DNA from: Cognaticolwellia sp.
GTDB lineage: Bacteria; Pseudomonadota; Gammaproteobacteria; Enterobacterales; Alteromonadaceae
DNA length: 64,000 bases
Direction of reading: 5' to 3'
Assembly (NCBI GenBank): GCA_049614565.1
Contig: JBMZDW010000001.1
Coordinates: forward strand, 97,249 to 161,248
Part shown: one piece after another, positions 56,916 through 64,000 of the stretch
How positions within the stretch are numbered: the first letter of the stretch is position 1
Layout: every line of letters starts with the position of its first letter
Notes under the pieces: model-generated
What the model saw: only the letters and a program-made list of their open reading frames with translations
Told to the model about the DNA's origin: nothing
Databases searched by the model: none
Program-made: the position numbers and the translations under genes

Positions 56916-57242
56916 TTACATTGATAAAGTTGGCTCAGATGAATTAATAAAACGTCCAATCGCTTTATCTATTTGATGACGTATATTATCAGGATCTTCG
57001 CTAAAACTCACTCCGATACCGGCCGGTGTGCCATTTTGCGCGCCAACAGGGGTGATCCACGACACGTTACCTTTAACTTCCGAGGTGGTAAGTGAGTCAG
57101 GCAAGGTAATAATAAGGTTTACATCCGCTGCTAACTCAAACGGCATAGTGGTGCGGATAAATAAACCACCGCTTTTCATAAACGGCATATAGGCCTGATA
57201 TAAGTCACGATCAGAAAAAAACTCAAGTACAATATTTTCCAT
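56916..57242 (-). CDS. pilZ: Type IV pilus PilZ protein
   Basis: LYQAYMPFMKSGGLFIRT, VSWITP, GIGV; holB-pilZ-tatD synteny. Confidence 0.9.
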   Translation of the reverse strand: MENIVLEFFSDRDLYQAYMPFMKSGGLFIRTTMPFELAADVNLIITLPDSLTTSEVKGNVSWITPVGAQNGTPAGIGVSFSEDPDNIRHQIDKAIGRFINSSEPTLSM

Positions 57243-57251
57243 TTTATCCCC

Positions 57252-58232
57252 TTATTTTTCGTGCTTTTTTATTATTACGCAACGAATATCAGCCAGTAGT
57301 TGTTCACTCAAAAATTGTCGATTAACTTGCACGAGCGTTTTTAGCTTAAGATTTGCCTTTTGCACGAAATTATATATCTGCCATAGTTGCTGTTTACTAG
57401 TGGCGATGGCTTGCGCGTCTTGCGACTGCGTACTTTGCCAGCTCCATTGTTGGCGCATCAAGTCGGTAAGTACTTTTTCTAACCAACGAAAGCCATCACT
57501 ATGGTCAACCAATGTGCTTAATATCTCACTGCGATGTTGCCCATGACTAAGATATAGTTCGACCATATCACGAAACGATTTAAATGCAATGGCCGCGCTT
57601 TGATCTGTTAACTCGTTAATATGACTAAGGTTAATAAAGGCATCACCGCCGTGCTGATGATATTCTGCCAAAAGTTTTTCACCCACAGGCGGACGAATTC
57701 CAATGGTTTGACAACGACTGACAATCGTCGGCAGCAAGAGATCAGCATTATCGGTAGTTAAGATAATAAAACTATTCGATGTCGGCTCTTCTAAGGTTTT
57801 TAACAACGCGTTAGCAGCGCCTATGGTCATAGTGTCAGCATCATTGATCAGTGCGGTTTTTAGCTTGCCAATATGGGCGGTTTTTTCGAAAAACTGGCTG
57901 AGCTTTCTGATCAAATCGACACCAAGGGTATTTTTTTCACTAACAATGCTCAAGTGGTCTGGGTAGTTTGCCCCAGCAAATAACTGACAGGTTTTACACT
58001 GCCCACACGGCTGCAATATCGTTTGCTCGGTGGTTGGTTTTGTTGAGCTTATATCGGCGATTAACGCTTGATTATTTGTTCGATGTTGGCACAGCAATAC
58101 GCTCACTAGCCAATGGGCTATTTCGTCGTGTCCCGCATGCGCCACGCCAGAAAATAACAAGGCATGTGGCAGCTTATTATCACAAATCTGCCGCGATAAT
58201 TGTCTTTGTGTCGCTAACAACCAAGATTTCAT
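57252..58232 (-). CDS. holB: DNA polymerase III delta-prime subunit
   Basis: HALLF, CGQCKTC, ANALLKTLEEP, TIVSRCQ. Confidence 0.93.
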   Translation of the reverse strand: MKSWLLATQRQLSRQICDNKLPHALLFSGVAHAGHDEIAHWLVSVLLCQHRTNNQALIADISSTKPTTEQTILQPCGQCKTCQLFAGANYPDHLSIVSEKNTLGVDLIRKLSQFFEKTAHIGKLKTALINDADTMTIGAANALLKTLEEPTSNSFIILTTDNADLLLPTIVSRCQTIGIRPPVGEKLLAEYHQHGGDAFINLSHINELTDQSAAIAFKSFRDMVELYLSHGQHRSEILSTLVDHSDGFRWLEKVLTDLMRQQWSWQSTQSQDAQAIATSKQQLWQIYNFVQKANLKLKTLVQVNRQFLSEQLLADIRCVIIKKHEK

Positions 58233-58235
58233 CTG

Positions 58236-58871
58236 CTAACCTTGTTGGCGATTAATAAATGCATCAACCGCATCACTAACCGCAGCATGTACCGCCGACA
58301 TATTTTGGCTGGCATCAATAATATCAGTGCTGTCAGAGGCAGTGGCCAATTCGAGGTACTTATTTCGTACCCGTTGAAAAAATTCAATTTTTTCTAATTC
58401 AATGCGATCTAACTCACCTCGCGCTTGCGCACGTGCTAAACCAAGCTCTGGCGCTATATCTAAATACAGCGTTAAATCAGGGCTAAAGCCTTTTAGAGTC
58501 ACATCAGCAACCGCATTCATAATGCTATCATCAAATTCACGCCCACCTCCTTGATAAGCACGAGAGGACAAATCATGGCGGTCGCCAATAACCCATGTGC
58601 CTTCTGCTAGTGCTGGCAAAATTCGGTTGGCCAGCAATTGGCTACGACTTGCATACATCAATAGCAACTCTGTTTCTTGAGTCAGCACTTCGTCATGACT
58701 GGCAGATTTAACAATATCACGCAATGCTTCAGCTAACGGCGTACCACCAGGCTCGCGTGTTTTGATAAAAGCAATACCGTGTTTATTTAGCACAGTTTCA
58801 ATAACACTAATTGCTGACGACTTACCGGCACCTTCTATGCCTTCAACAACAATAAATTTACCTTTGTTCAT
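58236..58871 (-). CDS. tmk: Thymidylate kinase
   Basis: [29 protein letters not shown]. Confidence 0.97.
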   Translation of the reverse strand: MNKGKFIVVEGIEGAGKSSAISVIETVLNKHGIAFIKTREPGGTPLAEALRDIVKSASHDEVLTQETELLLMYASRSQLLANRILPALAEGTWVIGDRHDLSSRAYQGGGREFDDSIMNAVADVTLKGFSPDLTLYLDIAPELGLARAQARGELDRIELEKIEFFQRVRNKYLELATASDSTDIIDASQNMSAVHAAVSDAVDAFINRQQG

Positions 58872-58905
58872 AACTCTATTTCCAAAATTTCTTATTACTT
58901 TCTGA

Positions 58906-60006
58906 CTACTTTTGTCTTTGTAGATATTGCTTTACCGCTCGATTATGATCGGCAAGGTTAGTAGAAAACACGTGTTCTCCATGGCCATTGCTGACAAAGT
59001 ACAAGTAGTCAGTCTTTGCCGGTGAAAAAGCCGCGTCTAAGGCATTTTTTCCTGGCATGGCAATGGGGGTTGGTGGCAAGGCTTTGATCAACCGAGTATT
59101 GTATGGGGTTTTACCACGTAAATGCCTAAAGGTTATATCACCGTAGTAATCTTCTCCTAAACCATAAATTACCGTTGGGTCGGTTTGAAGGCGCATTTTT
59201 TTGTCAATACGATTAATAAAAACCGAGGCTATAATTTTATGTTCAGCGTATCTACCACTTTCCTTTTCGATGATAGACGCCATGGTTAACGCCTCATGCT
59301 TGGTTTTATACGGTAGGGTTTTATCTCGCGCTTGCCACCGGATATCAAGTTCATACAACATTTTTTTATGGGCTCTGCGAAGAATATCAATATCAGAATC
59401 CCCCAATGAAAACGCATAAGTATCCGGGTAAAAATAGCCTTCAGGGTTAGTATTATCAACCATAAATTCTTTCGCAATCTTGCTTAATACTTGCATTTTT
59501 TCGTTGTTATCAACATAGGAGACCGCATACTTATTTAATTGATCTTTGGCGGCAATGCTCGGTAATTCATGCTTGATATATTGCGTATTAGCCAGCAATT
59601 CAAACCATTGCTTGATTGATGTTCCTTCGATAAAAGTAATAGAAAACTGATGCTCTTTACCTGAAACGACTAAATTGAGTAAATCGATAACGCGCATATG
59701 CGCAGATACTTGATAGGTGCCCGACTTTATTTTGCTCTGCGCTGGATTAAACTTAACGTAGCTACGTAACCAAAACCGATTATCCAGCCAAGCACTATTA
59801 ACTAACTGTTTTGAAAAGCCATGAAATGATGTGCCGGGCTTAATGGTGAGAAACTGAGATTCTTCAAGCATTAATGGCTGCTCAACCTTCATTTGTGCGG
59901 TGATCATAACGCCGACAACGGCAGCGATTGCTAATAACAAACACAGCATGAACATCACAAATATTCGTCGAAACCATAGTGGTAAACTTGGCAGGTATTT
60001 CTTCAT
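58906..60006 (-). CDS. mltG: Endolytic transglycosylase
   Basis: [35 protein letters not shown]. Confidence 0.95.
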   Translation of the reverse strand: MKKYLPSLPLWFRRIFVMFMLCLLLAIAAVVGVMITAQMKVEQPLMLEESQFLTIKPGTSFHGFSKQLVNSAWLDNRFWLRSYVKFNPAQSKIKSGTYQVSAHMRVIDLLNLVVSGKEHQFSITFIEGTSIKQWFELLANTQYIKHELPSIAAKDQLNKYAVSYVDNNEKMQVLSKIAKEFMVDNTNPEGYFYPDTYAFSLGDSDIDILRRAHKKMLYELDIRWQARDKTLPYKTKHEALTMASIIEKESGRYAEHKIIASVFINRIDKKMRLQTDPTVIYGLGEDYYGDITFRHLRGKTPYNTRLIKALPPTPIAMPGKNALDAAFSPAKTDYLYFVSNGHGEHVFSTNLADHNRAVKQYLQRQK

Positions 60007-60015
60007 GTTTATATT

Positions 60016-60810
60016 TTAAATTCCGCTGCGTACACGCACGTTTTCAACTAAGGAAGTATCCAAGCGCTGACCATTAAAAGTTTTCACCGGCACTATACCT
60101 AAAATAGCGTTACTAATAAACATGGCGTTTATATTCTCTACGTCGCTTAACCGATAACAGCGTGGTTGAATATCATTATGGTGCAGAAGTATTTTTTCCC
60201 GCATTAAACCGGCAACACCTGCAGTGGTTAAGCATGGCGTATGCCACTGTCCTGCTTTGTACCAAAACACATTGGCGCTGCAACATTCAATAATGCTGCC
60301 ATTAATATCAGTAACGAGTAAATCGTCTTCTGGCCGCTTATCTAATTCCGCTCTTAACAGCACTTGTTCTAAACGATTGAGGTGCTTTAAACCCGCAAGC
60401 ATGGGATTGATACCGAGTTTTTGCTCACTAATACCGACAGTAATACCCTGCTTTTGCCATTGTGGGTAGAGCGTTGGATAATCATGTAGCGAAATAATAA
60501 CCTTAGGCTGATCTGCGCCGAGACGAGAATAACCGCGACCACCGCTGCCACTACTGATAATAACTTTTACAATACCTAGGGCAATGTCGGCACTAATTTT
60601 ACGCATACTGGCTTCGAGCGCATTCATGTCAACATGAGGTAAACCTAATTGCTGACTTTGCTGTGCTAAGCGATTGAGGTGTGGCGTTAACATCTCCACT
60701 TCACCATCAATCACTAAAGCTGTGGTAAAACAGCCATCGCCATAAGCTAAGCCGCGATCATCTGCCGCAATCTTATCTGATGCTTGCCCATCTATAAAAG
60801 TTAATGCCAT
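60016..60810 (-). CDS. pabC: Aminodeoxychorismate lyase
   Basis: DRGLAYGDGCFTT, GLKHLNRLEQVL, GVAGLMR. Confidence 0.95.
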   Translation of the reverse strand: MALTFIDGQASDKIAADDRGLAYGDGCFTTALVIDGEVEMLTPHLNRLAQQSQQLGLPHVDMNALEASMRKISADIALGIVKVIISSGSGGRGYSRLGADQPKVIISLHDYPTLYPQWQKQGITVGISEQKLGINPMLAGLKHLNRLEQVLLRAELDKRPEDDLLVTDINGSIIECCSANVFWYKAGQWHTPCLTTAGVAGLMREKILLHHNDIQPRCYRLSDVENINAMFISNAILGIVPVKTFNGQRLDTSLVENVRVRSGI

Positions 60811-60938
60811 AAAAAAGCCTGAATGCTTAACGTAATACTCTAGTATTAGTCAGTATTCAGGCTTAAGCGTTTGAATTCAAGCGCTATTAACCTTATTGGT
60901 TAGTTAATTGCGTGAGTAGGGTTATTCAGGGCGATTGT

Positions 60939-62171
60939 TCACACTTTTTTAAAGATTAATGAGCCATTGGTACCGCCAAAACCAAACGAGTTACACAAAA
61001 CATGATCTAACTTTACATCGCGCGCCGTATGAGCAATGTAGTCGAGATCACAACCTTCACCCGGATTATCTAAATTAATTGTTGGTGGTACAACATTATT
61101 AATTAAGGCCTGAATACTAAATATCGCTTCCACTGCCCCTGCGGCCCCCAATAAATGCCCGGTCATAGATTTAGTTGAACCGACCATTAGCTGTGACGAA
61201 AAATTACCAAATACTGATTTTACCGCATTGGTTTCAGCAATATCACCTGCTGGCGTTGAGGTGCCATGGGCGTTAATATAACCAATTTTTTCGATATCAA
61301 CCTTAGCGTCATTAATGGCATTTTGCATCGCCAGTGCTGCACCCGCACCGTCCGCAGGTGGTGAGGTCATATGATGGGCATCGCCACTCATACCAAAGCC
61401 GACTAATTCAGCATAAATTTTTGCGCCACGTGCTTTAGCGTGTTCGTATTCTTCTAGCACCATGACACCCGCGCCATCACCTAAAACAAAACCATCACGG
61501 TCTTTGTCCCAAGGGCGAGAAGCTTGCTCAGGTGCGTCGTTACGGGTAGATAACGCGCGCGCGGCGCCAAAGCCGCCCATACCTAAAGGTGTTGACGCTT
61601 TTTCTGCGCCACCGGCCACCATAGCATCGGCATCACCGTAGGCAATCATACGCGCGGCATGACCAATATTGTGTACGCCACTGGTACAAGCGGTAACAAT
61701 TGAAATATTGGGCCCTTTCAATCCAAACATAATGGAAAGATGACCGGCAATCATATTGATAATGGTTGATGGCGCAAAAAATGGTGATAACTTGCGCGGA
61801 CCACCTTTGAGCAATTTTATATGGTTATCTTCGATAAGACCTAAACCACCAATACCCGAGCCAACCGCAACACCGATACGTTGTGCGTTTGCTTCGGTAA
61901 TTTCGATACCGGCGTCTTTAATGGCTTGCACACCGGCGGCAACGCCATACTGTATAAATAAGTCCATTTTTTTGGCATCTTTTCGAGCCATATAATCTTG
62001 GGCATCAAACTCTTTTACTAAGCCGGCAAAACGAGCTGGATACTGTGACGTATCAAAATGGCTAATATTAGAAATACCACTTTTGCCAACAACAAGATTT
62101 TGCCAGGTTGATTCAGGGCTGTTGCCTAAAGGGCTAAGCATGCCAAGACCGGTAACTACAACGCGTCTCAT
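60939..62171 (-). CDS. fabF: Beta-ketoacyl-ACP synthase II
   Basis: [29 protein letters not shown]. Confidence 0.97.
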   Translation of the reverse strand: MRRVVVTGLGMLSPLGNSPESTWQNLVVGKSGISNISHFDTSQYPARFAGLVKEFDAQDYMARKDAKKMDLFIQYGVAAGVQAIKDAGIEITEANAQRIGVAVGSGIGGLGLIEDNHIKLLKGGPRKLSPFFAPSTIINMIAGHLSIMFGLKGPNISIVTACTSGVHNIGHAARMIAYGDADAMVAGGAEKASTPLGMGGFGAARALSTRNDAPEQASRPWDKDRDGFVLGDGAGVMVLEEYEHAKARGAKIYAELVGFGMSGDAHHMTSPPADGAGAALAMQNAINDAKVDIEKIGYINAHGTSTPAGDIAETNAVKSVFGNFSSQLMVGSTKSMTGHLLGAAGAVEAIFSIQALINNVVPPTINLDNPGEGCDLDYIAHTARDVKLDHVLCNSFGFGGTNGSLIFKKV

Positions 62172-62336
62172 ACGATGTACTGCCTCCGATAGAGTAGAAT
62201 AATTTTGCGGGAATATGTCAGGTTATTTAATGGTGATGTGATACTGAGCATTAAATATTTGTCGAGCGTTAAAAACAATTCAGGCGGTAATTAAACCGCC
62301 TGAAATCTATGACACTCGATTACTTATAACGAGTTA

Positions 62337-62570
62337 TTACTGGTTGGCAGTAACGTAATCGATGGCCGCTTGAACTGTGGTGATTTTCTCAGCTTCTTCA
62401 TCTGGAATTTCAGTATCAAATTCTTCTTCTAACGCCATTACTAGTTCAACAGTGTCTAAAGAGTCAGCACCTAAGTCATCAACAAATGAAGCTTCAACTT
62501 TTGCTTCTTCTTCGCTTACACCAAGTTGCTCAATAGTAATTTTTTTAACGCGTTCTTCGATAGTACTCAT
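62337..62570 (-). CDS. acpP: Acyl carrier protein
   Basis: [12 protein letters not shown]. Confidence 0.98.
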   Translation of the reverse strand: MSTIEERVKKITIEQLGVSEEEAKVEASFVDDLGADSLDTVELVMALEEEFDTEIPDEEAEKITTVQAAIDYVTANQ

Positions 62571-62735
62571 TTTTTTTCCTTTACTAGAAAATACAATTTG
62601 TTCAAAATTGCTTGTAGTTTATTCGTCAAATGGCAACCTTGCAAGCTTCTAATTTCAATTTCTCGCTGGTCTAACCTGTTGACAGTATATAATTTATTCG
62701 AATTTAACAATAAACCGCCGAAAAGCGACTGCTTA

Positions 62736-63470
62736 TTAAACCATGTACATGCCGCCATTTACATGCAAGGTTTCACCGGTAATATAGGCGGCGGAATCTG
62801 ACGCCAAAAACGCCACTGCATTAGCGATTTCTTCCGGCTTACCTAAGCGATTTGCCGGCACTTGTGCAAAAATGCCTTCCTTTTGTTCGTCGGTCAAATT
62901 TTGAGTCATATCGGTATCAATAAAGCCCGGCGCAACTGTGTTCACCGTAATACCACGAGAGGCCACTTCACGGGCTAATGATTTAGTAAAACCAATAAGC
63001 CCCGCTTTTGCTGTCGCATAGTTAACCTGCCCAGCATTACCCATAGTGCCAACCACTGAGCCGATATTAATAATACGACCGTCACGCTTTTTCATCATAG
63101 CACGTAATACAGCTTTACTAATTTTAAAGACAGAAGAAAGGTTAGTATCAATAATATCGTCCCATTCTTCATTTTTCATCCGCATCATTAAGTTATCGCG
63201 GGTGATACCGGCGTTGTTAACCAGTACATCAACTGCGCCGTGTTGCTCTTTGATCAAAGCAAACATAGCACTGATTGAATCGTCATCAGTAACATTTAAT
63301 ACAAGACCTTGGCCCGCACCTAAATACTCACTGATATTATCAGCACCGTGCTGCGATGTGGCTGTGCCAATCACAATACCACCTAGCGACTTTAACTGAG
63401 TCGCTATCGCTTTGCCTATACCGCGACTTGCGCCGGTGACTAAAATAACTTTACCTTCTAATGAAAACAT
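62736..63470 (-). CDS. fabG: 3-oxoacyl-ACP reductase
   Basis: TGASRGIG, NNAGITRD, NYATAK. Confidence 0.97.
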   Translation of the reverse strand: MFSLEGKVILVTGASRGIGKAIATQLKSLGGIVIGTATSQHGADNISEYLGAGQGLVLNVTDDDSISAMFALIKEQHGAVDVLVNNAGITRDNLMMRMKNEEWDDIIDTNLSSVFKISKAVLRAMMKKRDGRIINIGSVVGTMGNAGQVNYATAKAGLIGFTKSLAREVASRGITVNTVAPGFIDTDMTQNLTDEQKEGIFAQVPANRLGKPEEIANAVAFLASDSAAYITGETLHVNGGMYMV

Positions 63471-63475
63471 ATAAT

Positions 63476-64000
63476 TTACTCTACTGGTGTAAGTGCTTTG
63501 CTTAATGACGCACTGTTGTTAACAGATTGACAACTAATGGTTTTATCGATGCGTTTTAACAAACCTTGTAATACTTTACCTGGTCCGGCTTCTATCACCT
63601 GTTCAATACCGTGCTGCGCAAGATATTGCACAGTTTCAGTCCAGCGTACTGGACTATATAATTGTTTTACCAAGGCCGCCTTAATAGCATCAGCGGAGTT
63701 TTCTATCGAAACATCAACATTATTCACCACCGGAATTGTCGGCGTGTTAAAGGTAATATGCTTAAACTCTTCCGCTAGCTTGTCTGCGGCATCACTCATT
63801 AAAGCGCAATGTGACGGTACACTTACCGGTAACGGTAATACCCGTTTTGCTCCAGCGTCTTTACATAGCGCGCCTGCACGTTCAACCGCCGCTTTATGAC
63901 CAGCAATTACTACTTGGCCTGGGGAATTAAAATTGACCGCAGAGACCACCTCATTATTAGCGGCTTGCGCACAAGCATCAATAATAAGCTGATCATTAAG
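63476..64000 (-). CDS. fabD: Malonyl CoA-ACP transacylase (3' part; runs off window end)
   Basis: NFNSPGQVVIAG, VSVPSHC, QLYSPVRW, GPGKVL; frame open to position 64000. Confidence 0.95.
   Translation of the reverse strand, partial: LNDQLIIDACAQAANNEVVSAVNFNSPGQVVIAGHKAAVERAGALCKDAGAKRVLPLPVSVPSHCALMSDAADKLAEEFKHITFNTPTIPVVNNVDVSIENSADAIKAALVKQLYSPVRWTETVQYLAQHGIEQVIEAGPGKVLQGLLKRIDKTISCQSVNNSASLSKALTPVE

Noticed and set aside
538-63899. Many 60-170 aa alternative-frame or antisense ORFs in the track (for example 538-804, 21537-22052, 47576-47944, 49639-50013, 63537-63899)
   Set aside because: They lie within well-supported genes, have no recognisable motifs and are typical shadow ORFs.
1-64000. 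tRNA, rRNA or CRISPR arrays
   Set aside because: None recognised by eye on either strand.

Overview
A 64 kb chromosomal window from a marine Gammaproteobacterium. Gene content and synteny suggest Colwelliaceae (Thalassotalea/Colwellia-like); this is inference. Most of it is core genome: lysC with a lysine riboswitch, yafS-gloB-mltD, asnB, pyrD, NAD-GDH, a DUF1302/DUF1329/YCF48/MMPL lipid-transport cluster, pepN, nhaC, prc-proQ-msrC, the prpR-prpBC-acnD-prpF methylcitrate cluster, and fabD-fabG-acpP-fabF-pabC-mltG-tmk-holB-pilZ-tatD. There are two accessory regions. (1) About 9.8-19.3 kb: a decaying IS200/IS605 element (tnpB with RuvC-I D->N, tnpA probably frameshifted) followed by a candidate RiPP biosynthetic cluster. 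The cluster has an unannotated 45-aa precursor (16908-17045, minus strand, ending ...QTSWGPAMRR) directly upstream of a GrrM/OscB-like cyclophane-forming radical SAM enzyme. Around them lie an arginase-fold (peptide-arginase-like) protein, a sulfotransferase, a 2OG-Fe(II) oxygenase, a VOC protein and a GMC oxidoreductase. This is the best candidate for an undescribed system. (2) About 22.1-24.2 kb: five small co-oriented genes separated by degenerate attC-like repeats, with no integrase in the window. A candidate ~165-nt sRNA with an anti-Shine-Dalgarno loop lies at about 55822-55988. All family assignments come from recognising motifs by eye; no database searches were run.
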